Shown here: one piece after another, positions 23,340-35,325 of the stretch
Layout: every line of letters begins with the position of its first letter
Position numbering within the stretch: position 1 is the stretch's first letter
Assembly: GCA_031763465.1 (NCBI GenBank)
Contig: JARFOE010000046.1
Coordinates: 9,452,320-9,493,434 of the forward strand
Reading direction: 5' to 3'
DNA: 41,115 nt
DNA from: Squatina squatina
Taxonomy: Eukaryota
Program-made: the position numbers and the translations under genes
The notes under the pieces: generated by a model
The model's input: the letters and a program-made list of their open reading frames with translations, nothing else
What the model was told of the DNA's origin: nothing
Database searches by the model: none

Positions 23340-25051
23340 GGGGAAGGGGGTGGGAGTCCAAGCTGCGGCTAGGCAGCCTGCTTCACTGGCAGGGGCTGTA
23401 CTCGCCACGCTGTCTGCCCATCTCTGCACCCTGCAGGCTTCCCTCTGTGCACCAGGATCCTTCGCTCTCCATAAAGCAGGCTCAGGCTGCAACACAATCA
23501 GCGGGATACATCCTGAATCCTTTGCACAGCCTCCTCCGGATCCAAACAGCCTGATATTTATCTAGTGAGGCTGACAGGTGCTCTCAGTGTCAGCTTTACA
23601 ACAGCACGATCCGACTTCTCTTCCTCTGCTGGTCTCTCANNNNNNNNNNNNNNNNNNNNNNNNNNNNNNNNNNNNNNNNNNNNNNNNNNNNNNNNNNNNN
23701 NNNNNNNNNNNNNNNNNNNNNNNNNNNNNNNNNNNCGACAGAGAAGCTCTCATTCACAGAGGAAATCTCTCAGCTGGGGAATAGTGAGCTGCTTGAAGAT
23801 GCTTGGTCGAATCACGTTACCTGCACTTGCAGACAATCTGGTGCTTCCAGTTTCCAATCGAGCACAGCTTCAGCCTTCCCTCCATTAGCGAAGTGTGTGT
23901 CGCTGTGTTGACAGTAAGGGCAGTGGCTGCTCTGCAGCTTGTTCTCTCTCTCTCTCTCTCTCTCTTGCTCTGTCTCTCCGAGCCCTCTGTTTACCTCTGA
24001 TGGCAGTGTTGTCTGCAGCAGCACTGCAGTACTGCAGCTAGCTCACATTTCTCTCATTCGGCACCGTGTGGGGGGCGACAGGCTGCAGTCCCTCAATGCA
24101 GGCTACCTCTGCAACTGAAGCCAACCTCTAGCCGCTTGCCTTTTTCATTCGTGTGTCTAACCTTCAAAGGGCTCTCGCTGTGGTGCAATCGATGCTGAGA
24201 AAGCAGAGGATGATGCTGTTGCCATTTCCTTCCTGAGCCATAGTGGCTTGGTGCTGCTACTGCAAGAGAAAGCAGCACCAGCTATTCCCCTGAGCACTTC
24301 ACACCCTCCTAGCCAGCGAGGTCACCTCTAGATAGTTCACACACATAACCCCTCCACTCTCCCTGTGTTTTCGGTGTTGATTGCTGCCTCCTGGCACCTC
24401 TGACTATCTCTGCTGTTTGATAATGGGCAATGACGAAAAGGAAACTATATTTGTTTTGAGTCCCTTTGGAAGTCTGTCTGTTTGACGCGTTTGTTTTAGG
24501 AGATTTTGAGAGTGAAAATGACATTTACTGAGTGTCCATGAAAATAGCTTTAGAATTTTAAACACAAAAGGCGCCTGCCAAACCATTTAATCCCATGAGT
24601 GCTGTGATAGGCAATTAAAGCAAATGTATTTAATTCATTGAGAAGTGCCAGTTAAGGGGCCCACAGTGCTCACACAGATCAAACAGGTTAGGAGAGAAGA
24701 CATAGTGAATCAGGAAGCTGTGAGAAGCTGACACCAAGCATGAGTTTTAAAAGCCTGCTGATTATAACAAAAACGGAAGATTGCGAGAGGTAAGGAGTAC
24801 TAAGGTCCTCAGATAAGTTCAGTAAGAGCCTTAATTACAGCACAGTGGCCCGTGAGCTGTGCTAAACGTAGACAATAGAATAACTCAGCGAGAGTAAGGA
24901 ATTAATGATGGGCCAACAGCAGCAAGGCCTGAGACGCACTGGGCCAATAGGNNNNNNNNNNNNNNNNNNNNNNNNNNNNNNNNNNNNNNNNNNNNNNNNN
25001 NNNNNNNNNNNNNNNNNNNNNNNNNNNNNNNNNNNNNNNNNNNNNNNNNNN

Positions 25052-25202
25052 TCATTGTTGTTTGTGGGATCTCGCAGCGCGCAAAATTGGCTGCTGCGTT
25101 TCCCTACATTACAACAGTGGCTACAATGCAAAATTACTTCATTGGCTGTGAAGCGCTTTGGGTCATGGAAGGTTACTATATAAATGCAAGCCTTTGTCTT
25201 TT
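25052..25202 (+). mobile_element. SacSINE1-like DeuSINE, 3' part
   Basis: CAAAATTGGCTGCTGCGTTTCCCTACATTACAACAGT...AAGCGCTTTGGG...CTATATAAATGCAAG; homologous to 25916-26320. Confidence 0.85.
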
Positions 25203-25251
25203 GTAACAGGCACCATGGCTTCTGACTCTGTGTTTCTGCATCTTCCCTCAG

Positions 25252-25812
25252 ATGTTCCACAGGGAGGAGCTGGCTGACGAGGGTCCAAATCGCACCTCAG
25301 GCAGGGACCTGTCAGACACTCGCCCTTCATCTCAGCACAAGAATCTCGACTGCATCGTCTGCTACTCCACCCACAACCTATACGACAGGCTGCCTCGGAA
25401 GCTCTACTGTGGCCACACCTTCTGCCAGGCCTGCCTGGGGAGACTGGACACCGTGTTAAATGAGCAGAGATGGATCCCGTGCCCACAGTGCCGTCAGAAC
25501 ACTCCGTGTCCTCGCGGTGGTGTTGCCATGCTCGAACTGGACTTGGGCATTTTTTTGACCCTTAAAACAGAAATGGAGTCTGTAAAAACAGCAGTGAGAC
25601 AGGACACGGAATCACAGCACAAAGTGACAGCCAAAGACCATCACAACTCACAGCCAATCACTGAGCAGCCTGCAGCTCTGTGTCAAGACACACCACAAGA
25701 GCCGCACTTTCCCACAAGCCCTTGCTGTGCTTGGTGTGCCGGCTGTTGCTGCGTCTCACAGCATTCCTCACAAGGATTACTAATGGAGGCGGCCAACGGG
25801 AATCGATCTTAA
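25252..25812 (+). CDS. RNF224: RING finger protein 224
   Basis: ccctcag|ATG; DCIVC...LPRKLYCGHTFCQAC...EQRWIPCPQCRQNTPCPRGGVAMLELDL closely matches recalled RNF224; Cys-rich stretch CCAWCAGCCC near the C-terminus. Confidence 0.88.
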   Translation: MFHREELADEGPNRTSGRDLSDTRPSSQHKNLDCIVCYSTHNLYDRLPRKLYCGHTFCQACLGRLDTVLNEQRWIPCPQCRQNTPCPRGGVAMLELDLGIFLTLKTEMESVKTAVRQDTESQHKVTAKDHHNSQPITEQPAALCQDTPQEPHFPTSPCCAWCAGCCCVSQHSSQGLLMEAANGNRS

Positions 25813-25915
25813 TCCNNNNNNNNNNNNNNNNNNNNNNNNNNNNNNNNNNNNNNNNNNNNNNNNNNNNNNNNNNNNNNNNNNNNNNNNNNNNNNNNNNNNN
25901 NNNNNNNNNNNNNNN

Positions 25916-26320
25916 AATTATATAGCACCTTTCATGCCCACCCAAAGCACTGCACAGCCAATGAAGTACTTTTTGAAGTATAGTCACGGTTGTAATGTAG
26001 ATAACCTAGCAGCCAATTTTTGCACAATAAGGTCTCACAAACAGCAATGAGGCAATGACCAGATAATCTGTTTTAGTGATATTGGTTAAGGAATAACTAT
26101 TGCCCAGGACACCGAGGAAATCTCTGTTGCTCTACTTCAAAATAGTGCCATGGTATCTTTTACATCCACCTAAGAAGGGAGACGGAGTTTAATGTCTCAA
26201 CCAAAAGACAGCACCTCTGAACTCCCTTAGTATTGCCTAGATTTTGTGTGCAAGTCTTGGGAGTTGGCCTTGAACCCACAACTTTCTGACTCAGAGGTGA
26301 GAGTGATACCCACTGAGCCA
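25916..26320 (-). mobile_element. Near full-length SacSINE1-like DeuSINE
   Basis: Head TGGCTCAGTGGGTATCACTCTCACCTCTGAGTCAGAAAGTTGTGGGTTCAAG, Deu-domain-like core (GGTGGATGTAAAAGATACCATGGCACTATT), tail GCTATATAA. Confidence 0.9.
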
Positions 26321-26374
26321 ACGCTGACACTTTTACCCACCAGGCCATTCGGCACTTCCTAATCCAGTCATTAC

Positions 26375-27146
26375 CTTGTCTCTTTTGCTGACAATAGTTT
26401 GCCTTCGTTTTGGGATGTTCCTGGCCTCAGTCTCGTAAAACAAAGACCTGTTCTTCAGCAGCTGGAGGAACTGACAGATCTGCTCGTGGACGGCATCTGA
26501 CATTGCACTGCTGGTGGCATGAAAGTAGACCACACCTTCCTTCGCCTTCAGCAGCCACACAAAAAGGCCAGTTTCCACCAATGAGTAGTACAACACAGGC
26601 CCAGAGACACCATCCAGGATGCCGTAAATCTCCTCCAAGCTCGGGATGACTAATGTTGAAGATTCATCCATCACATTGTTCCATGCTGGGGCTTTCTCTT
26701 TCATGGATGCACTGTGAAATCTGTGTCTCCTGCCAGCCTCTGCGTACTGCAGTATCCTCACATGGTTACCTAGTTTTTCAAGGACTGACTGGATCCCATC
26801 ATAGCTCTCCAGAAGAACATCATTAAGTTCTTTCGGTAGCATGATTCCTTCAACTGTGTATTTCCTGCTAAGCCAATGGTAATACTCTATCACTTCTGTA
26901 AAGGCCTTGCATCCTTTTATCAGTTCCTTTGCAGAGTAGGAGAACTGGGAGCTGCACGCAATCTTGAATTTACACTTGTAGATCAACTCATCCTCCCCAG
27001 ACTCCTCTATGGCTTCCAGAGCCCGTTCGTAGAAGTACAATGCATGCTGATAATGAGCAGTCCCTTTGTAAACCTCCGCTAATCCCAGTGCAGCCTGGTT
27101 CCATCCCATTTTCTGTTCATCAAGTGGAGATCCATCCCAGTTGCGC
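26375..27146 (-). CDS. TTC28-like TPR(-CHAT) protein, large internal exon (5' boundary either 27146 or 27094)
   Basis: ~250-aa open frame; TPR-like LGLAEVY...ALYFYERALE; ESYDGIQSVLEKLG...AEAGRRHRF and VLYYSL...LFVWLL...GVVYFH match the TPR-to-CHAT linker of TTC28; donor AAG|gtaatg. Confidence 0.75.
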
Positions 27147-27294
27147 CTGAGCCCAAACAGGAATTTCAGGCCCAAAGAATTAACATTTCGGATGGAGACC
27201 CCTCAGCAGAAATCAGTAAGGCTGAAATGTTAACCGGCCCCTTCCATTTTCTGCTGACGAACCTGGTGCATTGCCACAATACAAGTGTCAACCT

Positions 27295-27355
27295 TGGCTC
27301 AGTGGGTAGCACTCTCACCTCAGAGTCACAACAATTGTGGGTTCGAGTCCCTCTT
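27295..27355 (+). mobile_element. SacSINE1-like SINE head
   Basis: TGGCTCAGTGGGTAGCACTCTCACCTCAGAGTCA...TGTGGGTTCGAGTCCC. Confidence 0.85.
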
Positions 27356-27455
27356 NNNNNNNNNNNNNNNNNNNNNNNNNNNNNNNNNNNNNNNNNNNNN
27401 NNNNNNNNNNNNNNNNNNNNNNNNNNNNNNNNNNNNNNNNNNNNNNNNNNNNNNN

Positions 27456-28010
27456 TCATCCAAGTCACTTCCATGCATATTGTGAATAGCTGATCCCTGC
27501 GGTACCCCACCCGTCATCGCCTGCCGCCCGGAAAAAGACCCGTTTGTTCCCAGTATTGAGCACAGAGGCAGGGAGGGAACCTTTATAAAGCTCCAGTTTG
27601 GCCACAACTCGAGTATTGTGTCCAGTTCTGGTCTCCACGCTTTGGGAAGGATGTGAAGAAACGTGCAGAAGAGATTAATGGTTCCAGGGATCAGGGGCTT
27701 TGGCGACGAGGCTAGGTTGGAGAAGCTGGGGCTGGTCTCCTTGGGGCAAAGGAGGTTGAGGGGAGATTTGAGAGAGGCGTACGAGATTACGACAGGTTTG
27801 GATAAGGCAGACCAAAGAAAAGCGGTTCCCATTGGCTGATGGTACGTGGACTAGGGGACACAGATCGAAGGTTTTGGACAGGAGATACGGGGATGGGGGG
27901 ATGTGAGGGAGATCTGTTTTACACACCGAGCGGTGGTGTGGGACTCGCTGCCCACGAGGGTGGTGAAAGCGGAGACGATCGATGATTTCAAGCACGTCAG
28001 CGGACCAGAT
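27456..28010. mobile_element. CR1 LINE fragments in both orientations
   Basis: Minus-strand GGVPQGS; plus-strand decayed [16 protein letters not shown] and RRLRGDL. Confidence 0.8.
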
Positions 28011-28036
28011 GGGGATCATCCAGCATTACTGACACT

Positions 28037-28228
28037 AGGGGGCGGCCAGTTCGTGGTCAAACCTCGGTCCTGAAAAATCGGTGCGAAACCGGCGTTGGGC
28101 CACCGTTCGCGCTGAAACGCGGGCGCAAAGCCCCACAACGCTGGAATTGCTGGCGTTGACGTAAACGCGGCGCCGTGACGCCATCGTCGCGCGCAACGCC
28201 CAAAATGGCCGCCCGTCCAGAATTGCAC
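28037..28228. mobile_element. CpG-rich MITE-like fragment
   Basis: Very CpG-rich non-coding stretch of the same style as 5119-5340 and 37500-37800. Confidence 0.4.
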
Positions 28229-30333
28229 NNNNNNNNNNNNNNNNNNNNNNNNNNNNNNNNNNNNNNNNNNNNNNNNNNNNNNNNNNNNNNNNNNNNNNNN
28301 NNNNNNNNNNNNNNNNNNNNNNNNNNNNGTAATTAATGGGATGCCCCACTTACGATGTGTATACAATGCAGATAGAAACAGGAAAATTATACTACCAAAT
28401 GGAATTTTCTTAGCTTTCTTGTGTAAGTCAGGAAAGTGTAGTTACGGATAGTAAATTGATAGCTTTCTCTTGGAGATGTTTGTGTCCTTGCCTATGTACC
28501 TTTTCAGAAAACTGCATTGATAAATGGCCCACTACCCAAGACATTGGGACTATACAATGGGAGATGAGCAAAGATCTTCAGATGACTATAATCTGTTGAT
28601 AAGATATCCTGAAAACCTGAGGATGGCTTGTATCGGATGGCACATGTGGCATGAGATTCTGGTATGTGTGTGCAAATGTGATTGATTACGTATGAAGCAA
28701 TTACCATCTGGAAATGCATGTTGAGTTTGCACTGAAGAACGGGTCTCAGACATGCTTAGTTACTTGACAACGGCAAGACATGAAATGGTTAATGTGGCTC
28801 AGGAGAATGAGACAATGTTTAATGCATTGACACATATTCTATCGAATTAACAAAATGATCAGGGNNNNNNNNNNNNNNNNNNNNNNNNNNNNNNNNNNNN
28901 NNNNNNNNNNNNNNNNNNNNNNNNNNNNNNNNNNNNNNNNNNNNNNNNNNNNNNNNNNNNNNNNATTATTATCGGTGCTCAACTCCTCTATTCCCTTAAG
29001 AGTTTTGAACAGAGTAAATAGCCCCAGGCTCCTGATCCTCTCCTCGTAGATCCCTGCTAATAGCACAGAATGTGCAGGGCTTTATTAAGATACTCTGGCT
29101 AATACAAGTCTGGCATATCGGATGTTGTTAGCAGAAATTAAGAGGAAGATGATGAGTCTGATTTTTTGCTCTTGACACGCTAGGCGTCCACTGCAGTATC
29201 TATTGACATGTTGCCCAACATTCAAACTTGGCCACACTGGAACCGTGTTTAATGTTCTGTTACCTGCAGAACATCATGGGGAACGATATGTCACCAGAGA
29301 GTTCGGGGTTAACGATATCCCTTCGAGCTCTGTTGCAATTCTGGTTCAAATTGCGATAAAATTGAAGAGCAGAGTGGGAGGTCTTTGGAAAATAACTGGG
29401 CTCATGGCAGCGAGGGCCAGGGAGTAGGTACTGTGGGGCCACAGTCTGTGGGCACCCTCAGCACAATCTTCCATCAAAGGAACTGTTCCTGTGTTGATGC
29501 TGATCAACTGTTAGGAGAGGTGAGGATTGAGATTCCTGTGATCACCTGTATTGAGGTGGATGGCAAAATCATTTAAACTTGTACATTGTGTTTACTTTCC
29601 ATTATTTCTACTTATTTAAACTGAAAGGAGGAGAGTCACTCCTTACCAGCCCTGTGGGTAGTTTGAGCCAGCAGCTGTCCTGCCCAAAACAGGCTGCGTG
29701 TTTATCTGGAAGGAGACACTGGGATTAATGAAAAATGTATTTGTTCACAAACTGACAAAGGACAGCCTGCTGACTTCACACACAAACACAATGGCACAGC
29801 CTGGGGAAGCCTCGCCACTCTCCTTCGTGCCACTGCTGGCCTGTGTGATCTGTTCAGGATTCACGGCGAGAGGACCAGTTTGGGTCAGCTTTTCCTGGTG
29901 TGATTTCCAGGGTTGAATGAGACTGAGATGGGTCACATTCTCTGACCCGAGCAGACTGACTGCGACGAATTGTCCAGGGCCCTTAGTCTGTGAAGTGACA
30001 TCAGGCTGTTTGCAAGGAATCAGAGAGCGAGAGAGAGAGAGAGAGAGAGAGAAGCTGGAAGGGATCTCGTGGAGGAATTTGCAGAGTGCTGCCAAACCAG
30101 TATTGACCCAGAGCGATTACATCCATCACTGAGTCAGGGGAGGCTCAGGACTTGGACAACACAAAGGCGAACAAGGATGGAAACAAAGCTTGTTATTGTA
30201 CAGCTGTGTGGGCACAGACGCAGACACCCCTTCNNNNNNNNNNNNNNNNNNNNNNNNNNNNNNNNNNNNNNNNNNNNNNNNNNNNNNNNNNNNNNNNNNN
30301 NNNNNNNNNNNNNNNNNNNNNNNNNNNNNNNNN

Positions 30334-33246
30334 ACTCAGTGTTTGTGAAGTATCAGTCAGATTCCGTTATATAAGTCAGTATCTGAAGTATCAGTCAGTG
30401 TTTGTGAAGTGTCGGTCAGTGTGTGAAGTGTCAGTCAGTGTAAGAAATATCAGTCAATGCGTTAAGTCTCAGTCAGTGTGTGTGAAGTATCAGTCAGTGT
30501 GTGAAGTATCAGTCAGTGTGTGAAGTGTAAGTCAGTGTGCGAAATATCAGTCAGTGTGTGAAATATCAGTCAATGTGTGATGCCTCTGTCAGTGTGTGAA
30601 GTTGCATTCATCGTGTGAAATATCAGTCAGTGTGTGAAGTATCAGCCAGTGTGTGAATTACCAGTCAGTGTGTGTGAAATATCAGACTGTGTGTGTTGTA
30701 TCAGTCAGTATATGAAGTATCATTCACTGTTTGTCAAGGACCAGTCAGTGTGTGTTGTATCAGTCAGTGTGTGAAGTATCAGTCAGTGTTTGTGAAGTGT
30801 CAGTTATTGTGTGTTGTATCAGTGAGTATCTGAAGTATCAGACAGTGTGTGAAGTGTCAGTCAGTGTGTGAAATATCAGTCAATGTGTGAAGTCTCAGTC
30901 AGTGTGTGTGAAGTATCATTCAGCGTGTGAAGTATCTGTCAGAGTTGGTGAAGTACCAGTAAGTGTGTGTTGTATCAGTCAGTATCTGAAGTATCAGTCA
31001 GTGTTTGTGAAGTATCAGTCAGTGTGTGAAGTAACAGTCACTGTTTGTGAATTTTCAGTCAGTGTGTGATATATCAGTCAGAGTGTGAAGTCTCAGTCAG
31101 CGTGTGTGAAGTATCAGTCAGTGTTTGTGAAGTAGCATTCAGTGTGTGAAATATCAGTCAGTGTGTGTGAACTATCAGTTAGTGTGTGAAGTATCAGTGA
31201 GTGTGTGTTTTATCAGTCATTATCTGAATTATCAGTCAGTGTTTGTGAAGTATCAGACAGTGTGTGAAGTGTCAGTCAGTGTGTGAAATATCCGTCAGAG
31301 TGTGAAGTCTCAGTCAATGTGTGTGAAGTATCAGTCAGTGTGTGTGGAGTATCAGTCACTGTTTGTGAACTACCAGTCAGTGTGTGTTGCATCAGTCAGT
31401 ATCTGAAGTATCACTCAGTGTTTGTGAAGTATCAGTCAGATTCCGTTATATAAGTCAGTATCTGAAGTATCAGTCAGTGTTTGTGAAGTATCAGTCAGTG
31501 TGTGTGAAGTATCAGTCAGTGTGTGAACTACCAGTCAGTGTGTGTGTGAAATATCAGTCTGTGTGTGTTGCATCAGTCAGTATGTGAATATCAATCAGAG
31601 TTGGTGAAGTACCAGTAAGTGTGTGTTGTATCAGTCAGAATCTGAAGTTTCAGTCAATTTTTGTGAAGTATCAGTCAGTGTGTGAAGTATCAGTCAGTGT
31701 GTGAATTACCAGTCAATGTGTGAGAAAATCAGTCATGTGTGTTGTATCAGTCAGTAGCTGAAATATCAGTCAGTGTTTGTGAAGTAGCATTCCGTGTGTG
31801 AAATATCAGTCAGTGTGTGTGAACTATCAGTTAGTGTGTGAAGTATCAGTGAGTGTGTTTTATCAGTCATTATCTGAAGTATCAGTCAGTGTGTGTGAAG
31901 TCTCAGTCAGTGTGTGAATTACCAGTCAGTGTGTGAGAAAAGTCAGTCAGTGAGTGTTGTATCAGTCAGTACCTGAAATATCAGTCAGTGTTTGTGAAAT
32001 ATCAGTCAGAGTGTGAATTTTCAGTCATTGTGTGAAGTATCAGTCAGTATATGAATATTATTCAGTATCTGAAGGGTCAGGCAGTTAGTGAAGTATCAGT
32101 CAGTGTTTGTTAACTGCCAGTCAGTGTGTGTGAACTATCAGTTAGTGTGTGAAGTATCAGTGAGTGTGTGATTTATCAGTCATTATCTGAAGTATCAGTC
32201 ACTGTTTGTGAAGTATCAGACAGTGTGTGAAGTGTCTGTCAGTGTGTGAAATATCAGTCATAGTGTGAAGTCTCAGTCAATGTGTGTTAAGTATCAGTCA
32301 GTGTGTGTAAAGTATCAGTCAGTACGTGAATCACCAGTCACTGTGTGTTAAAAATCATTCAGTGCGTGTTGTGTCAGTCAGTACCTGAAATATCAGTCAG
32401 TGTTTGTGCATCATCAGTCAGGCTGTGAAGTATCAGTCACTGTTTGTGAGGTACCAGTCAGAATGTGTTGTATCAGTCAGTGTGTGAAGTATCAGTCAGT
32501 GTTTGTGAAGTATCAGTTATTGTGTGTTGTATCAGTGAGTATCCGAAGTATCAATCAGTGTTTGTGAAGTTTCGGTCAGTGTGTGAAGTATCAGTCAGTG
32601 TGTGAAGTGTCAGTCAGTGTGTGAAATATCAGTCAGTGTGTGAAATATCAGTCAATGTGTGATGCCTCTGTCAGTGTGTGAAATTTCATTCATCGTGTGA
32701 AATATCAGTCAGTGTGTGAAGTATCAGCCAGTGTGTGTGAATTATCTGTCAGTGTTTGTGAAGGATCAGTCAGTGTGTGAAATATCAGTCAGTGTTTGTG
32801 AAGTTTCAGTCAGTGTGTGAAATATCAGTCAGAGTGTGAAGTCTCAGTCAGTGTGTGTGAAGTATCAGTCAGTTTGTGTTTTCCAGTCAGTGTGTGAGAA
32901 AATCAGTCAATGTGTGTTGTATCAGTCAGTATCTGAACTATCAGTCAGTGTTTGTGAAATATCAGTCAGTGTGTGAAGTATCAGTCAGTATCTGAAATAT
33001 CAGTCAGTGTTTGTGAAGTAGCATTCCGTGTGTGAAATATCAGTCAGTGTGTGTGAACTATCAGTTCGTGTGTGAAGTATCAGTCAGATTCTGTTATCTC
33101 CATCAGCGTCTGAAGTATCAGTCAGTGTTTGAGAAATATCAGTCAGTGAGGGAAGTATCAGTCAGTTTCTGAATAATCCTCAGTGTGTGAAATATCAGTC
33201 AGTGCGCGAAGTCTCAATCACTGTGTGTGAAGTATCAGGATGTGTG
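30334..33246. repeat. Satellite/minisatellite array, 18-20 bp unit (TGTGAAGTATCAGTCAGTG)
   Basis: Continuous array filling a 2.9-kb contig, gaps on both sides. Confidence 0.98.
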
Positions 33247-33346
33247 NNNNNNNNNNNNNNNNNNNNNNNNNNNNNNNNNNNNNNNNNNNNNNNNNNNNNN
33301 NNNNNNNNNNNNNNNNNNNNNNNNNNNNNNNNNNNNNNNNNNNNNN

Positions 33347-33515
33347 CAGCCATTGGGAGGAGATGGTTGAGGAGGATTCTTGCGATGACCTTCCCTGTGG
33401 CAGACAGCAGGGAGATCCCTCTGTACTTACCACAATCGGACTTGCCTCCTTTCTTGAAGATGGCCACAATTACAGCATCTCTGAAGTCCCCTGGCATGCT
33501 CTTCTCCTCCCAGCT
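33347..33515 (-). mobile_element. RTE-clade LINE reverse transcriptase N-terminal fragment
   Basis: WEEKSMPGDFRDAVIVAIFKKGGKSDCGKYRGISLLSATGKVIARILLNHL. Confidence 0.88.
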
Positions 33516-34944
33516 AAGGGCGACTCCCTCAGCACTGCTCTGGACAGTTAGCCTGGATTGTGTGCTCGGAATCTGTATCACATCCGTTGATGTGAAATCA
33601 CTGTTGTGAGCCTGTTTTCGGGAGATGCGACAGAACATTCAGCAGCACAATTTACGAGGGGGCATATCCTGTGCAGTGCACTCAACTTCTGGATTTCTGC
33701 CATTAGATTTCACAGTATCAATCTCCAGATGGCAGGAGTAGCATTGAGCGAGCTCATCCAACATTTCAAATCAGCAAAAGCTAGCGTTCAGAGAAAGAAT
33801 AATAAAGTCGTGCATGCAGATGGTTGTCGCTGCTTTTATAGCCAGTGTGGATCAATCGAGTTTTCATTGCCTCAAGTGGGCATTCCCACCACCTGTGAAA
33901 TCCCTTCCTGCCTGTGAACCACTAATGAGAATGACTTCAGAAACCCAACTCCTGTTGGTTGGAACTGAGTGCAAACACCCAAACATAAATGGGAAAAGGT
34001 TTCGGAAAGTCAGATTTTCTCAGTAAATCTATCTGGGCACTTTAAACACTGATGGAAGCGAATTTCACTGTATTCCAATAGTTCTCACGAAGAGGTCACT
34101 GAACGACCGCCCCCACCGTTGCCCCCCCACCCCCCACCCCCCGCCANNNNNNNNNNNNNNNNNNNNNNNNNNNNNNNNNNNNNNNNNNNNNNNNNNNNNN
34201 NNNNNNNNNNNNNNNNNNNNNNNNNNNNNNNNNNNNNNNNNNNNNNCACCAAGTGAGAGCAGTTAAAATCAGGGCCAATGAATATTCATCAGAGTGTAAT
34301 TTTTACTGACAGTAAGACAGAGTGTGGGTTTGATTATCCCAGCACCATGTCTCGCTGAAGTTGCTTTGATTGCAGTTAGCTGCAAACTTCCACACAGCTT
34401 GGTGCGCCCACAGGGACCCTGACATCACTATCCACAGCCAGTATATGCACGTTCGTACACTCATATTTTAGTCACACCAACACGCTCTCATGCCTACACA
34501 CGCTCACATTCAAACACTGGTCGACCTTCTTGTTCATATTCAAGGACACCATGACGACCAACAGAGATTCACCCAGACTCATATTCAGGCCTACAAGCCC
34601 CACGTACCAGCACACCTCACCAAACTGCTGCTCATCTAAGGGCGCACACACTCCCGGGCAGAATTCCAGTGGGATGAGGCCTTCAGCGAGTAAGTGCTGG
34701 GCCTGACAGAGGGTGAGGAAGCCGCTACAGGGTCCTCTTCCTCCCCTGGGGGGCCGAGGGGCCTTTAGCATCGACTCATGGGACCTAACCCCACCGCCTA
34801 TCATACTTCCTCGCTATTGTAGGGACAAGCGGTGGCCAGAGAAAATCCTACGGCACCCGCTCATTACGAGGACAAGGTAGCTGGATGACTCAACCTTTGA
34901 CTTCCCAGTTTGATGGTGAAGCTCGTGATCCTTTGTTTGATGCC

Positions 34945-35195
34945 TTCAGGACAAACCTCTTTACCCAGAGAGCAGTTAGAATGTGGAATTCACTACCACA
35001 GCGAGTAATTGAGGCGAATAGCAGAGATGCATTTGAGAGGAAGCTGGATAAATGCATGAGGGAGAAAGGAATGGAAGTATATGCTGATGGGCTGGGATGG
35101 AGTAAAGTGGGAGGACCATTGTGTGGAGCATAGACACCAGCACAGAGCAGTTGGGCCGAATGGCCTGTTTCTGTGCTGTACATTCTATGTAATTC
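34945..35195 (+). mobile_element. CR1 LINE 3' end
   Basis: FTQRAVRMWNSLPQRVIEA...FERKLDK then TTGGGCCGAATGGCCTGTTTCTGTGCTGTACATTCTATGTAA. Confidence 0.88.
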
Positions 35196-35325
35196 GACAC
35201 CTGTAAATGTCACATTTAAGCCTTCTTGGTGGTGTAACCTGCCATCCATGGCAGAGCAATGGGTACAGCATGTCACCTCAGTAATGCCCCATGAAAGATA
35301 TCAATTGCCATCTCATGTCTTGCAG

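Noticed and set aside
22559-23372. Alternative-frame and antisense ORFs (236, 189, 159 aa) over RNF208, and a 52-aa non-ATG N-terminal extension
   Set aside because: Expected shadows of a GC3-rich CDS with no recognisable domain; recognisable homology begins at MACLK
23821-24000. Possible non-coding 5' exon of RNF208 (minus-strand CAG|GTAACG donor)
   Set aside because: Only a donor motif; the acceptor would lie in a gap, so it cannot be supported
26250-26320. tRNA-like A/B boxes (also 400-497 and 27295-27355)
   Set aside because: These are SINE heads attached to SINE bodies or matching them, not tRNA genes
29264-29545. Minus-strand segment with good acceptor and donor motifs
   Set aside because: No frame is open throughout and there is no recognisable peptide; at most a UTR exon
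30334-33246. CRISPR-like or repeat-protein interpretation of the array
   Set aside because: No unique spacers, no cas genes, vertebrate context, and frequent stops; it is a satellite
33781-33892. Minus-strand candidate terminal exon WWECPLEAMKTRLIHTGY...SER*
   Set aside because: Only 36 codons, weak pyrimidine tract, no recognised homologue
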